A stretch of DNA of 57,049 nucleotides from Trichoplax sp. H2 (taxonomy: Eukaryota), in the NCBI GenBank assembly GCA_003344405.1, contig NOWV01000160.1, forward strand, positions 124,001 to 181,049, written 5' to 3'. Below the pieces are notes generated by a model. The model was given only the letters and a program-made list of their open reading frames with translations. It did not search any database and had not been told where the DNA came from. Positions 1-13,426 of this stretch are shown here, piece after piece. The translations under genes were made by a program, and so were the position numbers. The stretch's first letter is position 1. Each line of letters begins with the position of its first letter.

Positions 1-539
1 ATCTGAATTTGAAGGCAATATTCATTCTGGTAGTTACCTTTATCACCAATGACTACCATCTCATAAATTCTTTAGTACCAATCATTTATAAATGAAATTT
101 CGTGAAAGACGCATTATAGTATTAATCTGGTAGAAGATGAACAGTGATGAATGTTGCATAATAAGTACTTCCACTCTATCGATGCCACTAGAAAGAATAT
201 AGATTTTATACTAGTAATAATTCATTAAATCTTCAGTCAATGCACATGCAGAACCCTACGTTGCAAAATCTTTTGCTATAATTAATTTACAACATCTACG
301 GCCTAACTATAGATCTTCTATTAAGTTATAAAATGAAATATGCCTTATGATAGCAATACCGTAGCATTAAAAATATTTGGAGTATATAATTTTCCTTTTA
401 ATATAAGAAACTTCTTGTACTAGGATCATTAGTTTGCCTAGAACGATCCATTAGGTTTATTTTACGATAGTTGCTAAGACCTTAGGGGTATGGTTAGGGT
501 GCTATTATCTTTACATTGTAGTAGTAATTAGGTATAGTG

Positions 540-1720
540 CATTGTTGCCTAGGCATACCGAATTACCAATATGGATTATCGCAACAAAAGAAAGTTAATA
601 ATTCAGGAACTCTGTACAAATTAAACCTCATTATATTATGGTAGTAATCATGAGAAAAATACGATATAAATCGCTGTTGCGCGATAAAAACTTGCACACG
701 GACTCGCTTAAACATTTACTAATTAACGATAAAACGGTAAAGGGATTCAGTAGTACTCTATTAAAAGCTTTTATTACGTTGTAATAGTAACTAGCTCTAG
801 TAATGCTTATACCACTAGTTACCGTGAAAACGTTAGAATAGAATTAGTAGCTGTGCAGTGTTCATATGCATATGTGCTCGAAAATATTTACTAATAGGAA
901 GGATTCATTGATACCTCAGTTAAATATACCGATATTGGCTGTTGCAATAACACTTAGTTAATAATTCAGAAACTGCGCATAAATCAAATCTTATTATGTA
1001 GTAGTAAGTAGCTATTTTGCTTATGCAGCTGGTTAACGTGACTATGTTCGAATAGAAATAGTATAATCTTCAAAACGTTTACTAATAAAGGATTCAGTAT
1101 ACTCCAGTAAAACTCTTCCAATATTGAATATTCCAATAAGAATTAGCCAATAAAACTCTACTCTTCTCAAATCTGGTTACGTTGCTTTAGTAACCAGCTC
1201 TAATGCCGATATAGTTGGTTATTGGTGAAAACATTCGAATGGAATTAGTAGCTGTGAGATGATTCTATGTACTCGTATATGATGCACTGGCCGCAAGGTT
1301 TACAAATAAGTAAGATTCAGTGTACTTTAGTAAAACTCCCCAATATTGACAATCACAACAACATAAAGTCAATCAACTTTGTACAACTTCAATCTTATTA
1401 CATTGCAGTAGTAATTATCTGTAATATATTGCTTACACAATCGATTATAACGGAAACGTTAAATAGAATTGGTTACTGAGAGATAATCATACGTACATGA
1501 CGTACTTGGTGCTCACTAAAATGTTTATTAATAAAAGGAATTCAATTTACTCTAGTAAAATTCTCCCAATATTGACTATCTCAATTTTTTTTTTTTTCCC
1601 AATATTCACTATCTCAATAACAAAAATTTAATCAACTCTACATAGCTCAAGTCTTACTACGTTGTAGTAAAAAATACTAACTAGCTGCAAAAGATTTCTT
1701 ACACAATACAGTTTAGCCAA
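540..1720. repeat. Old degenerate tandem repeat, unit about 170-225 bp, about 5 copies
   Basis: The anchor AAA(C/T)(A/G)TTTACTAAT..GGATTCAGT..ACTC..GTAAAA..CCAATATTGA recurs near 710, 882, 1072, 1295 and 1518. GAAAACGTTAGAATAGAATTAGTAGCTG-like segments also recur. Confidence 0.7.
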
Positions 1721-3442
1721 AACAAGAATTTAGCCGAAATCTCCTCTGCTATTATGCATAATAACTGGCTAAAGTCCGAAATTTTAATACTTTTACCTTC
1801 AATTCGGGCTTCAGCCAGCTAGGATGCATGCTTGCCGGCTATTATGCATATTAACCGAGATCGAGTTTTAGCCGTAACGTATATACTGTATATATGTATA
1901 TTACTCAGAGTATCAATTATTGTCTTCATTGCGTCCACTATTGATAAATTATACAACATAAGCACAGCTTGAAATAACCATTTTGAAAATTTCAATGAAA
2001 GATCATGCTATTTCAAGGATTCAATTTAGACAATGATCATGATTATTATTCAAATTAGCGCTTGGAACAAATGAAAAGATGATATTTCCATAACGAATGG
2101 TTATAGCACTAAGTTATTATGGATAAACAAGATAAAAGCTAGTCGTCATCCATTTGCTTTGCTTCATCACTAATCCAATCAATTTACGTCGCGATAGTTT
2201 TAATTCAAGTATGTTTTCAGTTGTTAACGGAATCTAGTGAATGCAATATCTGATTATCACCTTACGATAAGGCTTAACCCTAACCGTAACCCCACCCCAA
2301 CCCTAATCCTAACTACGAGGAGGTAAAACATTTGGTGTAAAAATCTACTCACACGAAAATTAATTAGATGGGATTCTATGAGTTATGACTGGATAAAATG
2401 ATAATGTGGTATAGGAGGTAGAGGTGCAAAAAAAGTCCCGCTGTGATTTTACTCGACTGTATAATCGTTGTCAACCAATGTCTTGCTCATTTACTTGCGT
2501 TGAATCCGTCCATATTAGGCGTATAGCCAGATAAGGAGGCTAAAGGAGCCCGAGATGATGATCTACTGCACGATAAATTAGTTCAAATGTTGGTTGGCCA
2601 AGATTATCCAATCTCGGTAGTCGGTAACGTTCAAGCGTTGTAAGAGAATAAATTGAATTACAGTAATAATTCAGTCGATTTAAGCTTCGGGTTAGGGATC
2701 TCCTACGCCGTAAGATTATATTACCAGGTCACGCATGACTCACATCTAATTAATTTCCATTCGTATATGTAGGCTTTTGTACCAAATTTTTTACCTCTTC
2801 TTAGGCAATAATTTGCCATTTTCGACCTTCTTCCTACTGTGAGCCATGACAATAGATTGTTCCAAATCGATATCCTACTAGTTCATGGAGATTGATAGGC
2901 TAGCCGACCATATGGGTCAAATCTATCGTTGTTTTATTCAACATTGTATGTGTCTTTCCTACATAATTATGGACTCCAAGTAGGTAGTTTCTTTTACCCA
3001 TTCTCTCCTTACTCTCTTGTTGTTCTTTGCGTTGTCTGCTGTCACTATTGTTACTTTCAACACGTGCTGGGTTGGCTTTAACCATATTATTTCCATTTAT
3101 TGTTCCTTGGCCTATTGATCGAATAGACAATTTCTAGAGAGGAATCAATCGTTACATAAGATCATTTTACTGTATTATCTATAATGAAATTCTTTTTATG
3201 TTCAGTATACAATCCTTTCTGATCGTAGATACACTATATAGAATAACTATTTCGTTAAATAATTAGTGGATAAATCCACGCTAAGCTAATTAAACGTCAT
3301 CAATCATGATCATCAAGGCCGCGATAAAGCCTTAGTCAGATTCATCTACGCTGTTGTTAGTCAAACTTGATTTCAATTGCACGCCATTAAATGTAGACTT
3401 TCTTGATTATTGCCATACTGTCTTCTAAATCTGAACATTTGG

Positions 3443-3514
3443 TATATAAGAAAAGGAAGTACAAGATTTTGCAGCGATTTTGTTTCTGTAGCCCAATTTT
3501 TTACAAGCCGAATT
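3443..3514 (+). promoter_or_regulatory. Putative TATA box and non-coding first exon of the NCAM-like gene
   Basis: TATATAA at 3443-3449, a consensus donor GTAAGT at 3515, and a pyrimidine-rich acceptor TTTTCTTAG ending at 4617 just before the ATG exon. Confidence 0.45.
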
Positions 3515-4631
3515 GTAAGTAATCTTTGCCTTTATTAAGTGAACAGTGACTATTTTCAGCTTGATGACCGTATAGATAAAATAACTTTTAAAGTCTTCAT
3601 AATAAGGTTATGATTGCGATAAAGAGTGTTTGTTTGGATTACAATTTTATATTCAACGGAGAAAAACTTACTTTAAAAAACGGATTAGTAACATTACTAT
3701 ACGCGTGCAAATAGAACAATTCATTTGATTACTAAATCAAACAGAACGAGTTTCATTTTGTGACAGCTTTCAATTTTATTTTCTTCAATTAGCAAGTATA
3801 CTTATACGACTTATTTCACAGTAATAACATAGCGCAGCCAAAATAGAGAGCAACTTTCTCATATAATCATTATCATGCTATTTATTAGTGTAATGGAATC
3901 GAAGATTGAATTAATTTGTCTAAAACTATGGATAACTTTAGCCACCGTAACTAGCATCTAAAATTAATTATAAACTGGATTACTGCGGAATACGGATTCT
4001 TATTTTATAATAAAGTAAGGCTTTAAGCCATCATAACAGGGTTATTCGTTATTCCATTTTACTACAGATTAAATTGATCAGATGCTATGCTCTTCATGAT
4101 CATGTTTCATTAATAATTTACCGCGTCGCACTGCAATGCAGGCTTTTCAACTTCATATTCTATTACTACTTATAATCTTCTTGCTGTATTCCAATAACAG
4201 AGCGATTGTGTTCACCTTTCGATCATGTTATAGCTGTCCAAGCGTACAAACATTGTATTTGATTAAGAAAAAACGCAGTTTCTATTCGCTTATTTACACT
4301 TTAGCTAAATTTATCAAAATTTATTAAAATCTAAAGTTATACCAAAATTGAAGGTAGATTATTCAGATATTTTTACAATCACTACTAACAATGGTAATTC
4401 CGCTGCCATAAAATTTGGCTTTCGGTGTCATGATACTGGCCATCCAACAGCTTCTATTACTGCATATACTAAAAGGCATTGCTTTCTAAGATAGTTAAAT
4501 CCAATTTGTCTACTTCTGCAATAACGGTCAACTTTCAATCTTTCTTCGGCATACACTAATATGATTATTTACATCTTGTATCGAAAATAATATGTTGTAT
4601 TTTGCTGCTTTTCTTAGAATCATATTATGAA

Positions 4632-7600
4632 ATGAATGTCATGCCTGCCGATCGATCAATTTGGTTGCTCTACTATCTATGCTTACTCTGCCTCTTTAGG
4701 ACTATAGGTAGAGTTGATTAGCTCAAGTTTAATCTGTTCTTTGCCTTTCCTAATCTAAATATCTTCATACTCTTCACACCCAGTCTTGCTACTTTAAATT
4801 GTCGATCAAAATTCTGTTGAGTTCCGTTTAATCCCTTCAGTAACAGATGAGATTTTCTATATCTAAAATTGCTTCGCCAATAATCGGAAAGTTTGTGCAC
4901 TAAATTAGAAATCGCAATTTTTACGATAGTTCTTTCCAATCTTTCCAATATATACAAGCTGCTTTAGACGTGAAATTGCATTACTAATAATGATCAGAAT
5001 TTTTATACTTTAAATTGCTAATGACAATTTAATGATAGCTGTTGTAAATCCATTCAGTTCAGTATCCGATCTGTTCTAGGCCTATCATTAACGTTTCTAA
5101 CCATCATTTCGTAGAGTACGGTACAAAATACCAGTAGACCACAAATCGTAGCGATGATGATATGATTCTGATCCACTTGTTCCTAGCATAATGAAACTCC
5201 ATCTCAAAAGCAGAATAGCCGTTTTAGAAGTATTAGGGCATAAATTACAAAGAGGTGGAATATGTACTTTAAACAAGTTAACCTCTTAAGTCCTAAAGAT
5301 CTATAAGTAAATATTAAATCACAGTAAATTGAGATTTTATGCTAACATTTTGCATAAGAGAGTAACATCAATCATGACAGTTTAAACAAACCATAATCCA
5401 ATTCTTTTCTAATTCCTAGACGCTCAAGTAGCTATCACACAGCCGACATCTTCTCCATTTTCCGTCGAAGGTGGTAATAACATCCGAGTATGTTTTCAGT
5501 GTACACCAACTAATGGCTATCGTGTACTCGGCTGGAATCATAACAACACTCGGATTGTTGCATCAAATCGAATTTCTCTAGAATTATCCAATACAGAATT
5601 GTGTATATCAGCTCTTAATCCCGGCGATCTTGGCGATTACACCTGCGTTGGCAATAATAACGCTGGCCAAACCAGAACAGCGTCATTTGTTTTGCTTGTT
5701 ACACGTAAGTGAGAGTACTATTTTCAAATCTTACCATCTTTAATAATTATCTTCGGCATCAATTTCTAGTGGCAAGGCTAACAGACCAAATAGAAAATTT
5801 ACCCATTCGACTCTAATTAATTTACAGCTCTAGCCAAATAACGTACGAATACTTTGTGAATAGAACTATCAAGCGAGCTTGTTTTAATGCTATATCAAAT
5901 CTTCGGATTAAATTTTAGTGGAATTATTTGAAAGACAAGACTTGTAGATTACATTCGCGATATTTAAAAGATCCAGTTACGTCGATCTAAGCATGCTGGA
6001 ATAAAGCTTTCTATGTGTAATCTTGTGAGCACTAAACGACAATTAATAATTTAAAAGATAAAAAGGGCTACGGTTATATAGCTATCCCTTTAAATCATCA
6101 AACTCAAATCAATTGTAAATCAGCAAAATACGATCATGAACCGTAATATTTCTTAATAGTTAACATCCATAAATTCGTCCAATAGTAATAGATTAATTCT
6201 AGCTTTGCATATTATTTATTCAAACTTAAAATTGGTTTATAATTTCGATAACCTGTGATTATAACAGCGAAAATTTCCTCCATATTTAGCCAGTACAAAT
6301 TTATCCAGCGCTAAATGAAATGTACATTATTCGTTAGTTTTGCGCCTCTACTAACGGTAATACATTTCGTACATGATAGCTTTTTATATCATGTATAATC
6401 ATATGCACCCAAATTTCTGGAATATAGAATTAAATATATTTGACGACAGTTAAATTATCAATCTCTCTAAAAATTGATATTTACTAGAGTACTTCACGTA
6501 GTTAGATTGTCTATATAGCTTGTCTAATAAGCTCTTTTATCATTCGTGTAATTAGTGGGATACTCGATTGAAACGAAACGTCAACAAACTATTCCTTTCT
6601 TCCAAACTGGCTTAGTGAGTTGTAAAGTGGCTGGTTATCCTCCACCAAACATTACCTGGCGATTAAATGGCACAGAAATTGAGTTTTATCGCTCTAACCG
6701 CCACCGGCTTCTAGGCAATGGGTCGCTTTTGATCTATAACGTCAATCATAACGATTCTGGAAGGTATAGAATTACAGTAATTCGACCGGGCCAGCAAATT
6801 CCTCTAACAGAAAGCATTAACGTAAATGTTGGTGGTAAGGCTAAGAATGGACATGCTTTTCAAGTGGAATCCTGTGTCAATTTTATAATCAACATTCTTA
6901 CTTCCTTTAATCTACAGTTTATCCGAGATTCTATCGCTATGGACGCTATCCAGGATATCCAGTTAATGTAACGGTGATATCTGGTAGTAATTTTACTTTA
7001 TCATGCAATGGGTTAGGTACTCCAACACCAAATATAACGTGGCTAGGACCTAATCGACTTCCAGTCTTTAATTTACGCTATCGTGTAACAAATGGTGGCC
7101 GTCTATTTCACATTTACAATGCGCAGCGAAATTTTGATAGCGAATTCACTTGTAGAGTTAATAATACCATCGCTACTATAAGTGGAACTGCACATATTAC
7201 CATTTATGGTAAGTAGAAATCTAGCCTATTACCGTAAATATCAATACAAAAACAAGATATAAGATACTTTATCGATTTAAATTCCAAATTAATTGTACTA
7301 CAATTAAGATATTACAATTTTTAAGAAGCAAGCTTGATTTTATAATAATTTTAATATTGGTTTCATAATTCTTTCGCAACTTTCAGTCCTAATTTTAACC
7401 ATTTTATCACTCTATTTTAATATCCTTAACCTTTGGTAACTTTCATTATTCAACAGAAAAACCAGTTATATCATCTTTAACTAATTCACTTAGTATTGCT
7501 ACTGGTAGCGCTATTTCATTGCGATGTATTACAACGGGCTATCCAAGACCTAGAATAACATGGTATAGAGACGGTCAATTTGTAAATATAGTAAGTACTT

Positions 7601-10513
7601 GTCGGATTTCGTCTTATAACAGTGACTGTTACGGCATTGGTAATATAAGAATTATGTAATCTGTTCGATAATAATTGAGTACATTACCTAGTCGTATTTT
7701 AGTAGGTGTGAAAGCAACCTAAAAATAAATATTTTATGTTGATCAGGGAATTGGTGGTGCCGTTAAACAAGACATTGTTCGAGGAGAAACTGTTACAAGT
7801 TATTTGAATATGACTAACGTTGGTCTTAATCAAGCTGGTATTTATACCTGTTCTAGCAGCAATAACATACCTTTCACATCAAACAGAACTACACAAATTA
7901 CTACCAATGGTAAGGGTGTGACTATAATTTCAATATCAATCTCATTTCAAAATATTATATTTAGAAAGCGAGATTACTAGGTGATATAAGTGAATTTAAG
8001 CTCATTCTCCTTTCAACGTTCAATTCTAGTTAGGGCTCAAGTAGATAGTTCTTTTGGATTATCGATCGTACGTGGAGCTGTTACTGGTAAAACTACTTTG
8101 CTTTGCCGTGCATCGGGGAGTCCACGACCATTAATCTATTGGTCTAAAGATAATATTAATATTACTCGTCAAGTTAACCCCTCAATTACCATCACTAGTA
8201 AAAACCTATCCAGTATTGCTATTTTGAGTAATTTAACGATATATGGATTAAATAGAAGTAATTTTGGCAATTATGTATGTTCAACTTATAATCGAATTAA
8301 CAGAAATGCTGCACATCGCCGAATTATCCAACTCCAAGAAATAAGTGAGTTGAACTGTAAATATTCTGTCTTATAGACACTGGGTAAATAACTTTAACAA
8401 CATGGCACATTTTGTAAACTAAACAAATGCCTTAGTTGTCAGGATAGTAGAATATTTACATATTGAAGCAGATTAGCTGTACCTGACGTGTTTGATATAT
8501 AGACATTTTGTAAACAACTTTGGAATAGAGTAAATTTTGCAAATAAAATAATTAGCATAATTTCTACAGCCATGAAACAGTTACATTATAAAACAGATTT
8601 TTCAATAACTTTTTTATTTATCTATTAACAGGCTTTCCTAGTTTTCCTAGATCTGTTACGGTTCGCTCTACAACGACGCACTCATTAACTATAAGTTGGT
8701 CATCTCCAATCAATCAAGGTGGTGGAATTATACAAATGTATAGAATTGCTTATTATCGAAAAAATTTGAGAAAGCAATATCAATATACGCCAAGTAGCCA
8801 AATAACATTAAATAATTTGGTCGATAACACTGACTACATCGTCGAAGTTAGCGCATCTAACGAAGCAGGATACGGAAAGTCAGCTACTATGATATTTAGA
8901 ACAGCAAAGCCAGGTAGGAAACTGATGTTATTTGCTGCCTAGGCCCATAACAGATTATAGACAACTGTTTGATTTAAATTTTTTTGCTGTCTGTACTATA
9001 CTTTTGTGCGTAACTATAGTGGCTACATTTTCCCTAGGTCTGCCTAGCCCGCCGACCAATATCGAAATTAGGCTACTATCGAAAGATTCTTTCTTGATCA
9101 ACTGGCAGACTGCAATAGACAACGGAGGAGTTCCTATCATAAGTTATATCATCTCACATAAATTACATAGCTCTCGATACAATTGGTCGGAATTTTATGT
9201 GCCCAGTTACGAAAGATCCCATACAATCTACAATTTACCGTTTGGAGGTCAATATGATGTTCGAATGTTTACATATACTAAAGCAGGAAGAAGCAGTCCT
9301 ACTAGGACCTGGAATGTTACACTATGTAAGCTAGTCTACTTGAAATGCAATAAAATAGAATAATGTCACAGCCATCAAGGCACCAGAAATTATTATTTTA
9401 GTATGGTATTAACTGTGTTTCATATTTATTTTTTTACTACATGCAATCTTTAGCTCCAACTCCTCCACCAAATGGTAATCATACATATTAGCTAATGGAT
9501 ATCACTTATTTATCTGTTCATGCATTAAAATATTGAAGTTTTATCTCAAATATCGGAAAATTTGCTTTGTGTAGTACATTAATAACGTAATATGCATGGA
9601 GTAAATTAGATGCAAGTATCCAAATATTCTTCAAGAATACGCATATTTAATAAAATATATTAGTTAAATTATTATCCAATATTTACGATAACTTATATTT
9701 TTTGCAGCTGAAGCTCAGCTTTCCACATCCCAACTCGGTGCTATTATTGTAGTATGCATTATCTTGTCGCTAATTGCCTTCGATCTTGCCGTCTACTATT
9801 TACATGAAAAAGGATTAACAGCTGCTATTATAAATATCTGTTCTACACCTAACGATACGGAAATCATTAAAACAAGCCAAGGTAAGAATTTAGATTTTCG
9901 CTTGACTATAGCGATAATTATATACCCGTATTGCCGTATCCTTGTTAGCTAAAGAAATATTACAAATACGATAATCTCTCCTTTTACTTTTACTATTAAT
10001 GGATTTTTTTCCACGCAGATACTACTATGGTAGCTAATACTAATGCCATAAGAAATAGCATTAAAGAAGATCAAATTTCAGGGTAAGCATTGCCACAGAT
10101 TAATTTACAAAAACGGATTTTTTCGTTATAGAAAATTGAAACTTGTCACTAAAATCTGATGTGAATAGATTCGCTATTTTATATGATTGCTAATTGCTAT
10201 TACATCCATCAGTGAAGTCATATCACCTAAATGTTTAACTGTATTATTTCTCAGATTTCTCAAATTAAGTAATTCTACTTTCGATATAATTCTGACTTCT
10301 TACAATAGTGAATGGATCTCTGCTAATGTTTCCTATAACCATAGAGTTAGGGTTAGGGTTAGGGTTAGGGTTAGAACATTTCCTATAACCATAGACTATC
10401 CATGTATAATTAATTTCTAAGCTTAGATTTAAAAAGTATCAATTATGAGATTACTATTTTATAGTCCTACGAAAATCGCAATCACGTCAAAATTTCATGA
10501 TATCAGCTTTTGA
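4632..10513 (+). CDS. NCAM/Fasciclin II-like cell adhesion molecule (signal peptide, 5 Ig, 2 FN3, TM, short tail), about 13 coding exons
   Basis: Exons about 4632-4707 (signal MNVMPADRSIWLLYYLCLLCLFRTI), 5420-5704 (Ig1, DLGDYTC), 6556-6834 (Ig2), 6918-7208 (Ig3), 7457-7590 plus 7747-7909 (Ig4), 8030-8344 (Ig5), 8632-8913 and 9038-9325 (FN3), 9454-9474, 9708-9881 (TM LSTSQLGAIIVVCIILSLIAFDLAVYYLHEKGL), 10019-10082 and 10465-10513. All are GT-AG and frame-compatible. The last exon is uncertain. Confidence 0.85.
10329..10395 (+). repeat. Interstitial telomeric tract (TTAGGG)4.7 flanked by a 17-bp direct repeat
   Basis: TTTCCTATAACCATAGA at 10329-10345 and 10379-10395 brackets G(TTAGGG)4TTAG-AACA. 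Confidence 0.9.
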
Positions 10514-13426
10514 ATAACAGCATAAACGTAGACTAAGCAACAAGGCAATATTGGTTGATAACAATCAAAAGATTTTTGTTGGATATCCTATGATAACATA
10601 TAAATTATAATTCCTATATCCTATTTAATTAATTCTATTCACATATGCATCCCCATAAGTTGCTAGAATGCGATTTACATATTGAGCTATGATAAAAATT
10701 TAGATTACTAATTGTTTCGATTTTACCGTTAAGGATGCTGAATAATACCATTGAAACAGGAAGTAGGGTATGAAGTACTTGACATGAACTCCGTTTCTCC
10801 ATGCTTGATATCTTACGAACAGATATTTTATTTTATTCCAAATACTTTGTAATACTTACAGCTGTCGATTTTCTAACTTAATACGTTTGAAACAAATTCT
10901 ATGAAAAGCTTATATTGCCATCGTGATAGAAATATGTTAAGAGACGGTCTTTTTTTAAATCAATTAAATTTAAGTGAAGTATTAATTTGGCTATATGTTA
11001 GAACTGGTAATACCTTATTAATCTCTAAATTTAAGGAGTAAAGCAATTTCATGGATATAAACTCAAATATGATCATTTCATATAGAAATGGGTTATTCCA
11101 GTATAACATTTAAATATAATTCGATACATTTTTGGTTTCTTGTACATGCAATTGCTGCCCTTTTACAAATGTTATGAATAAATGAAGAATTACTGAATTA
11201 ATCACGATCAATCATATTTATTGGCTCTATCTTGCCGTCGAATAGCGTGCATAATAATATTCCATAGCCGATATTTCTACTATCAGTTGAGTAAAATGTC
11301 AATTGTACCTATCAATAAAAATATTTATCAAAAAAATAATTTGTTTTTAAAAAGCAAATATCCAAATAAATTATTAGCACGTGTGAAAATATATATAGTA
11401 ATAGTTATGATCTAAGTATTTCGAAATACTTAACTTCAGTCAACGTCATTCATAATGGTATCACGATATGACTTGAAATAAATTAAAGATAAGTAATAGA
11501 AAATACTAATGATACGTTCAGCACGGTTATTTAATTATGACATTCATAAAAGAATTAAATACAACATTTTTAGCTGAACAGCGTTATGAATGGAATTTGG
11601 TCAATTACTTTATGATCTAGTTTCAGTTCTGATAATAAATAAAGGTATGAGGTAATCATACCCCTTCTTAACATTTTGGTCTTCATGGTGTGCTGTAATA
11701 CTATTTCAAGTACATACTTGAATTGACAGAGAAGCGATAATTTAATTATTCATCATGCTAGGTACGTGTGAGATAATAGCTTTTAACGGTATTTACTTTT
11801 TAACCGCTATAAATCGCTGAATTTAGTTATTACATGAGCAATTACGGCATCTATTGCACTATAAGCCCGCATTAGCAATCGACTACAGGTTTTGACGATA
11901 AAAAATATATAAGGTTTTATTGAATCCATATGTTGCTAATAAATTACTTGTCAATGTTTTAGCTAGTACCTCCATCAATGTTACTGTATACTTAGGTTGC
12001 AATATTGCCTTTAAGATTGATTGGCTGATAATATTCCAAAACTAATTTACTTTTAGGAATGAAATAGCAGCATTAGCTCATTGAAAATTCCAATAATATT
12101 CAAAATCGCAAGCTTTCAAGGTGAATTTTAAAGAATCTGCCTCGTGGACTTTGTCTGTATTTAATTTAATCGCATTAAACATACATTTATCACAATAGCT
12201 GCAATATAAATTTAGCTCCATTTCGTTAAAGTACTGCAAATGTAATCGTTTATTATCAATCCTTATAAGAAATTTCATTTATAGAAATTTTATGACTACT
12301 TTTAATTGCTTCTGTAAGAGAAAAAAATCATATTATAGTGACAAGCCCTTACAATTACAAAAGCTAAAATTAGTCTCTATTTCTTCATCTTTATCGATCC
12401 TCAAACTAAATGTTAACGATCTTAATAGACCCTTAGTATTCTATATCTTGATGATTGACAATTTACATACAGTATGATAATGTTGACGTATCTTTTAAGC
12501 CTAAAAAACATCCTAATATTAACGCTGGTAGCCTTGATTACACTCATTTCTTATAGTATACATTCGCCCAATGTTTATATTACCTAGCTGTTCTATCAGT
12601 GTTTCATAGTACTCTAGCGTAGCATCAACAAGAAATTTAAACTTGCCTGTAATACTAAATTGTAGATCATTAACTGGCTACTTATGTTAGCTCGATGATA
12701 TCACTAGCAATGTTATTCAACACAGGTCCCGGTGACTAACTCTGTCTATAAAGCTTGCATCGCCTAAATCTATATTAATTCTGTGTTGCAATCCAATCCT
12801 TACCTGAAGAGTATTAGCCCTCAAAATTGATTGGTACTTTATGCAATTTTGAGAGATCAGGAAGTAGTAAGATTTTGCTCAAATCGATCAGATAAGAGAT
12901 ATGCAAGTTAATGCGCATAAAGGAACAACTTGACCATTTAATGCCTTTGTTCAACATTTTAATTTTTATACCTCATAGTGCTATCGTTCATACGATAAGA
13001 CGGTAGATCGAGAGAAGGTATATATTGTTACTTACTAATTACGCGGAAACAGACTTTAAGGTTGATCAAAGAGATTATATGTATGCGTAATAACAGAAAT
13101 CATCTCAGTTACCACAGTTAACTGCAATTTTCATCAAAATTTAAATGGAAATGAAATAAATTCGATACAATAGAACTAATATAACTATAATTTCTCTTAC
13201 AATAGAGAGCCTAAACAATTTCAATGAAATTTTTTTTTTTGACATGAGCTCGCAGAACTTCAAGTATATCGATTCTTAAACTAATAAACACTTGTAACTT
13301 AAATATTTCAACCTTCTAATTGATAACATTCCTAACTTTTAAATTGCATTTAAACTAATCAAGTGGAATGTTACAGTTAATTCGCAATTGCAAAGTAAAG
13401 TATGTAGTTGCAACAATTGCAGTTAA

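Noticed and set aside
2275-2313. Degenerate (CCCTAA)n tract as a telomerase RNA template
   Set aside because: Several degenerate units with no recognisable pseudoknot or H/ACA domain. Better explained as an old interstitial telomere-like microsatellite.
7420-7430. U12-type signal ATATCCTTAAC in an NCAM-like intron
   Set aside because: The intron has a normal GTAAGT donor and a frame-compatible U2 acceptor. Likely chance in AT-rich DNA.
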